Origin: an uncultured Pelagibacteraceae bacterium
GTDB lineage: Bacteria; Pseudomonadota; Alphaproteobacteria; Pelagibacterales; Pelagibacteraceae
Length of the DNA: 64,000 bases
Direction: 5' to 3'
Assembly (NCBI GenBank): GCA_902557215.1
Contig: CACDZM010000004.1
Location: 8,831-72,830, forward strand
Of the stretch, positions 21,721-30,718 are shown in pieces. A program made the position numbers and the translations under genes. Each line of letters starts with the position of its first letter. Position 1 is the stretch's first letter. The notes under the pieces were generated by a model. That model did not search any database. It was given only the letters and a program-made list of their open reading frames with translations, and was not told the origin of the DNA.

Positions 21721-22328
21721 AAGTATTTCTTAAATTGTTCATTTATCGAAAGTATTTCTAAGTCAACAAGTCCACCTATAACCAATTGTATAGCAACTAA
21801 TAAAATAAATCCTAAACCAATATATGCAATCCATAAATGCCTTTGAATATAGTTTGCTAAATAAGTTGCCATTGCCCCAGTAAGAATTACTGATAATACT
21901 AATCCAAAAATCATAAAGCCAAAATTACCTTTTGCAGCTCCTACAACACCAATAACATTATCAAAACTAATTGTAATATCCGCAAATAAAACTTTATAAA
22001 CACTTTGTATATAAGAAGGTTCTTTTGATTTTTTTGTTGGAGATTTTATCTTTTTAATTTCAAATAGGTCTTTTCTAAGATCATTTACGATCCAAATAAG
22101 CAACAAACCTCCTAAAATCTTTATAAAATAAAATTCAAATAAATAGGTAGCAAACAGAGCAAAAACAATTTTAAAAATTAAAGCTCCTGCAACTCCCCAC
22201 AAAATTATTTGCCTTCTGTGTTTTGGAGCAAAATTTGCTGCGATCAAACCAATAATGATTGCATTATCTGCTGCCAAGATTATATCGATAAAAATAATCT
22301 GAATTAATATGAGTGCTTCTTCTAACAA
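21717..22328 (-). CDS. TerC/YjbE-family integral membrane protein
   Basis: IDIILAADNAIII and ADITISFDNVIGV motifs. Confidence 0.85.
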   Translation of the reverse strand: MLEEALILIQIIFIDIILAADNAIIIGLIAANFAPKHRRQIILWGVAGALIFKIVFALFATYLFEFYFIKILGGLLLIWIVNDLRKDLFEIKKIKSPTKKSKEPSYIQSVYKVLFADITISFDNVIGVVGAAKGNFGFMIFGLVLSVILTGAMATYLANYIQRHLWIAYIGLGFILLVAIQLVIGGLVDLEILSINEQFKKYF

Positions 22329-22441
22329 AGTAGTGCCATTGTATAAAATATTATTAATTATTCAATCAAAAGTAGTATAATTTTTTTATTGATAATTATT
22401 TTAATACATAATGAAATGCTATTAAAAAAAATGGAGGTTAA

Positions 22442-23413
22442 ATGAAATTTTTAAAATACTTATCTATTATTTTAGTTTCATCAATTTTGTCAATAAACCA
22501 TGCATTTTCAGAAAAATGGGACATGGCTCTTGCTTATGGAGCTGGAAATTTTCATTCTGCTAATGCAACTGAATTTGCAAAAAATGTTACTGAAAAAAGT
22601 GGAGGAAAACTAACAATTGTAACTCACCCTGGAGGTTCGTTATTCAAAGGTGGAGAAATTTTTAGAGCTGTAAGAACTGGTCAGGCACAGATTGGTGAAA
22701 GATTTATGTCAGCTTTAGGAAAAGAGGATCCCCTTTTAGAAGTAGACTCTCAACCTTTCTTAGCAACTTCATACTCTGATGCTATGAAATTATATAAAGC
22801 TTCGAAAGCAGAAATAGTTAAAGGACTAGACAAAAAAGGCTTAGTATTCCTTTATGCTGTACCATGGCCCGCACAAGGTTTGTACAGTAAAAAAGAGATT
22901 AATTCGATAGCTGATCTAAAAGGTCTAAAGTTTAGAGCTTACAATTCTGCAACTATTAGAATAGCAGAATTAACTGGAATGGCTCCAACGAAAATTGAGG
23001 CTGCTGAAATTAGCCAGGCATTTTCAACAGGAGCAGTTGAAAGTATGATAACATCACCAACTACTGGAAAAAATTCTAAGATCTGGGAGAATGGTGTGAA
23101 ATATTTTTATGATATTGCAGCTTGGTTTCCAAAAAATATGGTTATCGTAAATAAAGATGCTTGGAATAAATTAGATCAAGCCACTAAAGATTTGGTTATG
23201 AAACAAGCGGCTTTAGCTGAAAGAAAAGGTTGGCAATTATCTAAACAAGGAAATGTTGGTGATAAAAAAGCCTTAGCTGATGCAGGTATGATAGTTGGAA
23301 AAGTAAATGCACCTCTGAAAGCTCATTTTGAAAAGGTAGGTGAGACTATGGCTAATGAGTGGTCTCAAAAAGCTGGATCAAGAGGGGCTGCTGTTTTAGC
23401 AAGCTATAAATAA
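22442..23413 (+). CDS. dctP: TRAP transporter solute-binding protein DctP, probably for L-pyroglutamate (5-oxoproline)
   Basis: Signal peptide, HPGGSL, WPAQG, DLKGLKFRAY (conserved Arg); GGAGG RBS; close to pxpABC. Confidence 0.9.
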   Translation: MKFLKYLSIILVSSILSINHAFSEKWDMALAYGAGNFHSANATEFAKNVTEKSGGKLTIVTHPGGSLFKGGEIFRAVRTGQAQIGERFMSALGKEDPLLEVDSQPFLATSYSDAMKLYKASKAEIVKGLDKKGLVFLYAVPWPAQGLYSKKEINSIADLKGLKFRAYNSATIRIAELTGMAPTKIEAAEISQAFSTGAVESMITSPTTGKNSKIWENGVKYFYDIAAWFPKNMVIVNKDAWNKLDQATKDLVMKQAALAERKGWQLSKQGNVGDKKALADAGMIVGKVNAPLKAHFEKVGETMANEWSQKAGSRGAAVLASYK

Positions 23414-23426
23414 TTTCAATTTAAAA

Positions 23427-23459
23427 TTAAGGCCACTTATATTTCTTTAGTGGCCTTAA
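23427..23459 (+). terminator. Intercistronic stem-loop between dctP and dctQ
   Basis: TTAAGGCCACT-11 nt-AGTGGCCTTAA inverted repeat. Confidence 0.65.
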
Positions 23460-23465
23460 ACTTTT

Positions 23466-23951
23466 ATGTTAAAATCAATAAATAAGAATTTAAATAAACT
23501 TTATAAATTTTCTGGTTACATTGCTGCAATCTTTTTGATTTTAGTAGCAGTTTTTATACTTATTGGTATATGTTCTAGAATATTTGGCTTTTATATAAGA
23601 GGCTTAGCAGAGTACTCTGGCTATTGTATGGCCTCAGCATCTTTTTTTGCTTTAGCATATACATTTGTTGAGGATGGCCATATTCGAATTACCCTTTTTT
23701 TAGAAAGATTATCAGGACTAAAAAAAAAAGTTGTTGAAATTTGGTGTTTAGGGGTGGCGAGTTTTTTCTCTGGCTATTTAGCATTTTACTTTGTTAAAAT
23801 GTTAATTATTTCATACAAATTTCAAGAGAGAAGTGAGGGTGCAGATGAAATTCTTATATGGATACCTCAATCGAGCGTGGCAATTGGGTCAATAATATTT
23901 TTCATAAGTGTTTTACATCATTTCATTTTAATAAACAAAAAAACAAAATGA
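23466..23951 (+). CDS. dctQ: TRAP transporter small permease DctQ
   Basis: Four TM segments, GHIRIT motif, position between dctP and dctM. Confidence 0.9.
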   Translation: MLKSINKNLNKLYKFSGYIAAIFLILVAVFILIGICSRIFGFYIRGLAEYSGYCMASASFFALAYTFVEDGHIRITLFLERLSGLKKKVVEIWCLGVASFFSGYLAFYFVKMLIISYKFQERSEGADEILIWIPQSSVAIGSIIFFISVLHHFILINKKTK

Positions 23952-25258
23952 CCGAAATACTCTTAACAATATTCTTTATTAGTGTTTTATTATTTTTTTT
24001 AGGTTCTGGCATTTGGGTAGCTCTAAGTATGATAGGTGTTTCTGCAATTGGAATGATGTTATTTACCTCAAGACCTGTAGGTGATGCTATGGCTACGACA
24101 ATTTGGGGAACCTCATCCTCTTGGACACTTACAGCTTTGCCTTTATTTGTATGGATGGGTGAAATTTTATTTAGGACAAAACTATCTGAAAATTTATTTA
24201 AAGGGCTTTCACCATGGATGCAAAAATTACCAGGAGGCTTGATTCATGTAAATATAGTCGGATGTGCTTTATTTGCTGCAATATCAGGTTCTTCTGCAGC
24301 AACTGTTGCGACTGTCGGAAAAATGTCAATCCCAGAATTAAGAAAAAGAAAATATCCCGAAAAAATTTTACTTGGTAGTTTAGCAGGTTCAGGAACTCTT
24401 GGTTTACTAATTCCCCCTTCAATTATCTTAATTATTTACGGTGTTGCTGTTCAAGAATCTATAGCTAAATTATTTATTGCAGGAATTATTCCAGGAGTAA
24501 TGATTGCATTAATATTCATGTCTTATGTAATTATATGGTCACTAATTAATAAGAAGAGCATGCCAAAAATTTTAGAGGAATATTCATTTATTGATAAGAT
24601 TAAAAGATCTAAACAACTTTTGCCTGTGATAATTTTGATATTAGCTGTTATTGGTTCTATATATACTGGTATAGCAACTGCCACGGAAGCTGCATCGTTA
24701 GGTGTTTTAGGAGCATTAATTTTGTCTTATTTTCAAAAAAGTCTGACTGTTGAAACTTTTAAATCTTCTTTGCTGGGTGCAACGAAAACATCCTGTATGA
24801 TTGCATTTATTTTAGCAGGCTCAACATTTTTATCTTTAGCAATGGGTTTTACAGGTTTACCCAGAAATCTAGCACTTTGGATTCAAAATATGGAATTATC
24901 ACCTTATGTTCTAATTTTTGTTTTAATGATTTTTTATATAATCCTAGGCATGTTTTTAGATGGGATTTCAGCCGTGGTATTAACTATGGCTATAATAGAA
25001 CCCATGATCCGTCAGGCTGGTTTTGACATGATTTGGTTTGGTATTTTCTTGGTTATTGTAGTTGAAATGGCACAAATTACTCCACCAGTAGGTTTTAATT
25101 TATTTGTACTTCAAGGAATGGCAAATAAAGACATGGGATATATTGCTAAAAGTGCGTTCCCATTATTTTTACTAATGGTTTTGGCTGTAATTTTAGTCGT
25201 GATCTTCCCTGAGATTGCTTTATGGATGCCTGAGCAAATGATTAAAAATATAAATTAA
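23948..25258 (+). CDS. dctM: TRAP transporter large permease DctM
   Basis: LTALPLF, AISGSSAAT, GTLGLLIPPSI, ITPPVGFNLFV; ATG 23948 overlaps the dctQ stop (ATGA). Confidence 0.95.
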   Translation: MTEILLTIFFISVLLFFLGSGIWVALSMIGVSAIGMMLFTSRPVGDAMATTIWGTSSSWTLTALPLFVWMGEILFRTKLSENLFKGLSPWMQKLPGGLIHVNIVGCALFAAISGSSAATVATVGKMSIPELRKRKYPEKILLGSLAGSGTLGLLIPPSIILIIYGVAVQESIAKLFIAGIIPGVMIALIFMSYVIIWSLINKKSMPKILEEYSFIDKIKRSKQLLPVIILILAVIGSIYTGIATATEAASLGVLGALILSYFQKSLTVETFKSSLLGATKTSCMIAFILAGSTFLSLAMGFTGLPRNLALWIQNMELSPYVLIFVLMIFYIILGMFLDGISAVVLTMAIIEPMIRQAGFDMIWFGIFLVIVVEMAQITPPVGFNLFVLQGMANKDMGYIAKSAFPLFLLMVLAVILVVIFPEIALWMPEQMIKNIN

Positions 25259-25755
25259 TATTTAGATTTTTTCCCAGCAATCACAGCTTTCAGCTGCTCA
25301 TACTCTTCACAATTACAACCTTTTAAAACTTCTAATCTTTCAACAGCGAGATTATGCCTGTTAGTGGCAACATATAGCTCTCCAAGATATTCATTTATCC
25401 CTTTATGGTTTGGATTAATTGCTAAGCCTTGAAGATAATACTTTTCACCCATTTCAAAATCACCTAGTTTTCTTGTCGTAAATCCTAAATAATTTAAAGT
25501 ATCAGCTTTGTTAGGTTTTTTAGCATTTGATTTTATTAAAAGCTTTTGTGCTTTTAAGTATCTCTCTTTTGCTTTGTCTAATTTACCTTTTTTTTCATGT
25601 TTCTTTGCTATTTTAATGTGTGAGACGGCCTTATCATAATTTGATTTTACAGCTGCGCTAGATCCACCACTGTCACCACCATCTGAACCTGCTGCGTTTA
25701 AATTAACCATTAAAAATAGATATGTGATTGATGTAATAAGAATATTTTTAATCAT
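25255..25755 (-). CDS. Exported TPR-repeat protein
   Basis: Signal peptide, G/S linker, TPR motifs (ADTLNYLGF..RKLG, NEYLGELY); ATGA overlap with pxpA. Confidence 0.75.
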   Translation of the reverse strand: MIKNILITSITYLFLMVNLNAAGSDGGDSGGSSAAVKSNYDKAVSHIKIAKKHEKKGKLDKAKERYLKAQKLLIKSNAKKPNKADTLNYLGFTTRKLGDFEMGEKYYLQGLAINPNHKGINEYLGELYVATNRHNLAVERLEVLKGCNCEEYEQLKAVIAGKKSKY

Positions 25756-26534
25756 TTTTTAAATTTCTCCATTTTATTTAAAGCTATAAGTTTTAACCCA
25801 TTATTCAACAAGTTTTCCTTAACTGCTTTAGCAGTATTTAACGAACTTAAGTTATCACCATGTATGCAAACAGAGTCAATTTCACAAGGTATTTGTTTCC
25901 CACTGTGACAATTAAGTGCCTGATTTTTTACCATGCTTAAAACATGTTTTTTTGCTAATTCGGGATCAGTAATTAAAGCATTGGATTTTTTTCTTGAAAC
26001 TAGGTTACCATCGTCTTCATAATTTCGATCCGCAAATATTTCACAGGCAATTTTCATATCTAACTTTTTAGCAGCTTGTTCCATTTTAGATCCAGTTGGC
26101 ACTAAATAAATTAATTCCGGATTTATACTTTTGATTACTTTTGCTAATAAAGTCGCTAAATTGATATCTTCGCAAGCCATATTATTTAAAGCACCATGAG
26201 GTTTTATATGGGTAACATTTTCACCATGGTTAGACGAAATAGTTTGAAGAATTTCATATTGATCAATTATTAATTTTTCTATTTCAGAAGAAGATAAATT
26301 CATTCGTTCTCTACCAAAATTTTCAGGATCATTGAAAGATGGATGCGCTCCGATACTAACACCATTTTTTTTTGATATTTCTACAACCTTATTCATAGTT
26401 TCCTTATCACCTGCATGATAACCGCATGCTATGTTTGCTGAATTGACTATTTTGAGTAAGTCAGGATCATGCTTATTAGAATGATGTTTAGATTTTTCGC
26501 CTAAATCACAATTTATATTAATTTCAATACTCAC
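25752..26534 (-). CDS. pxpA: 5-oxoprolinase subunit A (LamB/YcsF)
   Basis: INCDLGE, SANIACGYHAGD, GAHPS, HIKPHGAL, EIFADRNY, CIHGD. Confidence 0.95.
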   Translation of the reverse strand: MSIEININCDLGEKSKHHSNKHDPDLLKIVNSANIACGYHAGDKETMNKVVEISKKNGVSIGAHPSFNDPENFGRERMNLSSSEIEKLIIDQYEILQTISSNHGENVTHIKPHGALNNMACEDINLATLLAKVIKSINPELIYLVPTGSKMEQAAKKLDMKIACEIFADRNYEDDGNLVSRKKSNALITDPELAKKHVLSMVKNQALNCHSGKQIPCEIDSVCIHGDNLSSLNTAKAVKENLLNNGLKLIALNKMEKFKK

Positions 26535-26555
26535 TATTCTTCAGTATAACATGGC
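26535..26555. promoter_or_regulatory. Putative bidirectional promoter with overlapping -10 elements between pxpA and pxpB
   Basis: 21 bp gap; + strand TATAAC 26545-26550, - strand TATACT 26548-26543; no SD sequence on either side. Confidence 0.5.
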
Positions 26556-27230
26556 ATGATAAAAAATATATCAAATCTTGGTGACGCAGCTTTGTATTGT
26601 GATTTTGGAAAAGAGGTTAATAAAGAGACTAATACTCAAGTAATAAAATATTTTAAAACTATAAAAAAAAAAAATATTTTAGGGGTTAATAATATTACAC
26701 CGTCATATAATAAATTAATTATTTCTTTTGATCTTAAAGAAATTAATTTTAATAAACTTAAGAGGATTATTGATAATATTGAAATTACCAAAAGCGATAA
26801 TATTCAAAATAAAAAGTTTGAGATTCCTGTTTGTTGTGAAAAAGAATTTTCCTTAGATATAAAAAGATTAGAAGAAATACTCAATTTGAAAAAAGAAAAA
26901 ATTTATGAAAATTTTTTTGAAAAGGAATTTTTTTGCTATATGACAGGTTTTATTGCGGGAATGCCTTTTCTTGGCGATTTAGAGAAAAATCTTAGAGCGA
27001 AACGTCTTGATACCCCTAGAGTTAAGGTCCCAAAAGGTGCAATTGGTTTAACGGAGCAATTTGCAAATATATACACATTTGAAAGCCCTGGTGGTTGGAA
27101 TATAATTGGTAATACTCCGTTAAATATTTTCGATAATTCCAAAGAAAAAGAACCTAATTTAATTAATCCGGGTGATTTAGTTATATTTAAAAGAATTACA
27201 AAGGAGAAATATCAAAATTATCATGAATAA
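26556..27230 (+). CDS. pxpB: 5-oxoprolinase subunit B
   Basis: LGDAA, PSYNK, GFIAGMPFLG, R.DTPR.KVPKGAIG, ESPGGWNIIGNTP. Confidence 0.92.
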   Translation: MIKNISNLGDAALYCDFGKEVNKETNTQVIKYFKTIKKKNILGVNNITPSYNKLIISFDLKEINFNKLKRIIDNIEITKSDNIQNKKFEIPVCCEKEFSLDIKRLEEILNLKKEKIYENFFEKEFFCYMTGFIAGMPFLGDLEKNLRAKRLDTPRVKVPKGAIGLTEQFANIYTFESPGGWNIIGNTPLNIFDNSKEKEPNLINPGDLVIFKRITKEKYQNYHE

Positions 27231-28167
27231 AAATTATTTTGAAATTATAAGAGCTGGTATTAATTCAACGTTCCAAGACCTAGGAAGAAACCACCTCTAT
27301 CATATAGGAATCCCATTCAGTGGAGCAATGGATAATAGAAATTATTTATTAGCGAACAAATTAACAGGCAACAATCATAACCATCCAGTGATAGAATTTG
27401 CTTATCAAGGCCCTCATTTGAAATATCATGGGAGCCCGATAAATATCGCTATCACTGGAGATGTGAGTTTTGAAATTAAAAAAGGTGATAATTTAATTGA
27501 TGGAAAATGTTACCAATCTTTTATTTTAGAAAATAATGACGAGCTAGATATTATATCAACTAATAAATCTGTATATGGATATCTAGCAATAAGCGCTACA
27601 TTTGATTTAAAATTTCAATGGTCTAGCTGTTCAACAAACACTAAAGCAAATATAGGATCTAACAATGGGAAAAAGCTCTCTAATAATCAAAAAATTAATA
27701 TTAAAGAAATAAATCAAAACTTTATGAATACAAAATTGAATTATGTTAATACGAAAATAGAAAATATTAGAGTAATCAAAGGGACAAATTTTAATTATTT
27801 TTCTGAAGAGGGTAAGGAAATTTTTTTTAAAAATGAATTTAAAGTTTCCAAACTATCTGATCGTATGGGAATGAGATTAGAGGGAAAAAAGATTGAGAAT
27901 ATTGTCGAAACTAATATTAGATCTGAAGGCCTAATTAAGGGCGTGATACAAGTGACAGCTGATGGTTTTCCAATTATCATGCTCTCAGATCATGGAACCA
28001 TAGGCGGTTATCCTAAAATTGGTGTAGTTATAAGTGCTGATTATGACAAATTAGTTCAATTAACTCCTGGTTCAAAAGTCAAATTTCAAGAGGTCGATTT
28101 AAATAGTGCAGAAACTCTCTTTAAGTTGTATGACCTAGAAACTCAAAGTTTAATTTCACAAATTTAA
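27223..28167 (+). CDS. pxpC: 5-oxoprolinase subunit C
   Basis: FQDLGR, SGAMD, ANKL.GN, SDRMGMRL, GVIQV, TIGGYPKI. Confidence 0.92.
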   Translation: MNKNYFEIIRAGINSTFQDLGRNHLYHIGIPFSGAMDNRNYLLANKLTGNNHNHPVIEFAYQGPHLKYHGSPINIAITGDVSFEIKKGDNLIDGKCYQSFILENNDELDIISTNKSVYGYLAISATFDLKFQWSSCSTNTKANIGSNNGKKLSNNQKINIKEINQNFMNTKLNYVNTKIENIRVIKGTNFNYFSEEGKEIFFKNEFKVSKLSDRMGMRLEGKKIENIVETNIRSEGLIKGVIQVTADGFPIIMLSDHGTIGGYPKIGVVISADYDKLVQLTPGSKVKFQEVDLNSAETLFKLYDLETQSLISQI

Positions 28168-29045
28168 TGAATATTTTAAAAAGTTTACCTGGCCCATTAC
28201 TGATATTTTTTGGCGCTCTTAGTTTAAGCTTTGGTGGACTAATAGTAAAATCCTTTGAAGGAGCAACATTATGGCAAATATTATTTTGGAGATCATTATT
28301 TTTTTCTCTAACTGTATTAACTTTTTTGATAATCGTTTATAGAGGAAAAGTTTTAAAATCATTTTATGATTCTGGATTAGCAGGTTTTATAGGAGGATTA
28401 ATATTATCTATCGGTTTTTGTGGTTATGTTTTTGCCATGTATAATACTACGGTTGCCAATACAAATTTTATAATATCACTTCAAATTTTATTTTTAGCTA
28501 TATTTGGTTTCTTTTTCTTAAAAGAAAAAATTAACTTAATTACATTAATCTCAATTATTTTAGCAATTTCTGGAGTATTGTTGATGGTTGGAAATTCATT
28601 ATCTCCAGGAGAATTATCTGGAAATTTAGCAGCTTTCTCAATGCCAATTACTTTTGCAGTTTTGATAATGATTGTTAGGAAATTTCCATCTGTTGATATG
28701 GTACCTGCACAATTCGTTGCAGGTATAAGCTCATGTCTTATTGGTTTATTACTTTCACCTACTATAATGATTTCAGCTCATGATATTTTTTTAGGATTTT
28801 TAGCTGGATTTTTTCAAATAGGTTTTGGTTTTATATTTATAACTATTGGAGCAAGAACAACTCCTTCCGCAATGGTTGGAATAATCATGTTATCTGAATC
28901 TGTTCTTGGTCCTATTTGGGCTTTTCTTTTTGTAAGCGAAATTCCATCATTATACGGATTGATAGGAGGGGCAATAATACTTTTTGCCGTATTACTTCAG
29001 TTTTATACGCTTTTAAAAAAACCAAAGGCAATCGTTTCCAATTGA
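28167..29045 (+). CDS. DMT/EamA-family transporter
   Basis: About 10 TM segments, FFLKEK and ESVLGPIW..LF..E.P motifs. Confidence 0.88.
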   Translation: MNILKSLPGPLLIFFGALSLSFGGLIVKSFEGATLWQILFWRSLFFSLTVLTFLIIVYRGKVLKSFYDSGLAGFIGGLILSIGFCGYVFAMYNTTVANTNFIISLQILFLAIFGFFFLKEKINLITLISIILAISGVLLMVGNSLSPGELSGNLAAFSMPITFAVLIMIVRKFPSVDMVPAQFVAGISSCLIGLLLSPTIMISAHDIFLGFLAGFFQIGFGFIFITIGARTTPSAMVGIIMLSESVLGPIWAFLFVSEIPSLYGLIGGAIILFAVLLQFYTLLKKPKAIVSN

Positions 29046-29070
29046 CATTTTAAGTCACTTGTAGGATTAT
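29042..29070 (+). promoter_or_regulatory. Putative sigma70 promoter of the gcv operon
   Basis: TTGACA 29042-29047, 17 bp, GATTAT 29065-29070, just upstream of the riboswitch. Confidence 0.5.
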
Positions 29071-29074
29071 TAAT

Positions 29075-29225
29075 TTACGGGAGAGACTACAGATTATTGT
29101 AGCGCCGAAGGAGCAACCACCCAGGAATCTCTCAGGCAAAAAGGACCGTAATATATTAACTCTGGAAAGAGATTTAATTCTCGCCGAAGGAGCAAAACTC
29201 TCAGGCAAATATACAGATGGGTGTA
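29075..29225 (+). ncRNA. Tandem glycine riboswitch (two aptamers)
   Basis: Aptamer 1: TTACGG GAGAGAC...CGCCGAAGGAGCAA...CTCTCAGGCAAAAAGGA CCGTAA; aptamer 2: CTCTGGAAAGAG...CGCCGAAGGAGCAAAACTCTCAGGC...ACAGA; directly upstream of gcvT. Confidence 0.97.
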
Positions 29226-29235
29226 ATGAGTTAAT

Positions 29236-30339
29236 ATGAACACAAAAAAAACATCTCTTTATAAATTACATCAAGATTGTAATGCAAAGTTCGTAGAATT
29301 TGCAGGTTATCATATGCCAATTCAGTATTCTGAAGGTATTGTAGAGGAGCATAAATTTACAAGAAATCACTCTGGTATTTTTGATGTTTCACATATGGGC
29401 CAATTATTTATTTACGGTGGTGATGAGCTAATTAATGATTTAGAAAAAATTTTTCCATTAGATTTGAAAAATTTGAAACTCAATCATTCTAAGTACAGCT
29501 TCTTGATGGATAAAGATGCAGGGATACAAGATGATTTAATAATTACAAAAATTAGCGAGGGTTTTTTGATAATTCTTAATGCGGCATGTAAAAATGATGA
29601 TTTTAAAATTTTAAAGATCTTGTTAAACGAAAAATACAAAATGGTTTTAGATGAAAATAGATCTTTAATAGCAATTCAAGGACCTAAGTCATCACAAATC
29701 CTAAATGAGGTTATTAATAAAGTAAAAGATTTAAATTTTATGTCTGGTAATTGGTTCTTATTTGATAATCAGAAAGTATACATTACTCGATCTGGATATA
29801 CAGGTGAAGATGGTTTTGAGATATCAATCCCGAATAATTTTGCAGATAAATTAACCAGAGAATTGATTGACAAAGGTTCCAAACTTGTGGGCTTAGGAGC
29901 AAGAGACACTTTAAGGTTAGAAGCTGGCTTGTGTTTGTATGGTCATGATCTTGATAAAGATAAAACACCAGTGGAAGCAAACTTAAAATGGGCAATTTCA
30001 AAAGAGAGAATATCCAAAGGAGACTTTATTGGTTCAGACATTATTATTAAACAATTGAACAATGGTGTTACAAAAATTAGAGTTGGAATAAAACCTGAGG
30101 GAAGAATAATTGCTAGAGAAAAAACAAAAATATTTAATCAATCAGATGTTCATATTGGAGAAATTACCAGTGGAACATTTGGTCCAAGTGTTAATGGACC
30201 TGTAGCGATGGGCTATGTAGAAAATGAATTTTCAAAAAAAAATACTAAAGTATTTTTGGAGGTACGAGGTAAAAAATATGCAGCGAGCATTTGTAGTTTA
30301 CCTTTTTATAAAAAAAGTTATGTAAAAGGAGTGAATTGA
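29236..30339 (+). CDS. gcvT: Glycine cleavage system aminomethyltransferase T
   Basis: [46 protein letters not shown]. Confidence 0.98.
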   Translation: MNTKKTSLYKLHQDCNAKFVEFAGYHMPIQYSEGIVEEHKFTRNHSGIFDVSHMGQLFIYGGDELINDLEKIFPLDLKNLKLNHSKYSFLMDKDAGIQDDLIITKISEGFLIILNAACKNDDFKILKILLNEKYKMVLDENRSLIAIQGPKSSQILNEVINKVKDLNFMSGNWFLFDNQKVYITRSGYTGEDGFEISIPNNFADKLTRELIDKGSKLVGLGARDTLRLEAGLCLYGHDLDKDKTPVEANLKWAISKERISKGDFIGSDIIIKQLNNGVTKIRVGIKPEGRIIAREKTKIFNQSDVHIGEITSGTFGPSVNGPVAMGYVENEFSKKNTKVFLEVRGKKYAASICSLPFYKKSYVKGVN

Positions 30340-30716
30340 TGAGTGAAGTTAAATTTTCTAAAGAACATGAATGGATAAAATTAGAGGGCGATGTTGCTAC
30401 CATCGGTATTACAAAGCATGCAACAGAAATGCTGGGTGATATTGTATTTGCAGAGCTTCCAGAAAAAGGTTCTAGTGTAGAAAAAGATGGAACAGCAGGT
30501 GTTGTTGAATCGACAAAGGCTGCTAGTGACGTATATACACCAGTAAGTGGTGAAGTAGTTGATACTAATCAAGCTATTGTAGACGATCCCTCAAAAATAA
30601 ATCAAGATCCAGAAAACAGTGCGTGGTTTTTTAAATTAAAGATTAAAGATGTGTCAGAAATGGAATCTTTAATGAACAAAGAAGATTACGATAAGTTTGC
30701 AAAGGAGAGCGCTTAA
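30339..30716 (+). CDS. gcvH: Glycine cleavage system H protein
   Basis: [22 protein letters not shown] lipoyl-lysine motif; ATG overlaps the gcvT TGA. Confidence 0.97.
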   Translation: MSEVKFSKEHEWIKLEGDVATIGITKHATEMLGDIVFAELPEKGSSVEKDGTAGVVESTKAASDVYTPVSGEVVDTNQAIVDDPSKINQDPENSAWFFKLKIKDVSEMESLMNKEDYDKFAKESA

Positions 30717-30718
30717 TT

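Noticed and set aside
23858-23947. Extended N-terminus of DctM from the ORF track (similarly 56532-56597 for MMPL and 6448-6477 for UmuD)
   Set aside because: Overlap upstream genes or regulatory sites; downstream ATGs fit family lengths and coupling better.
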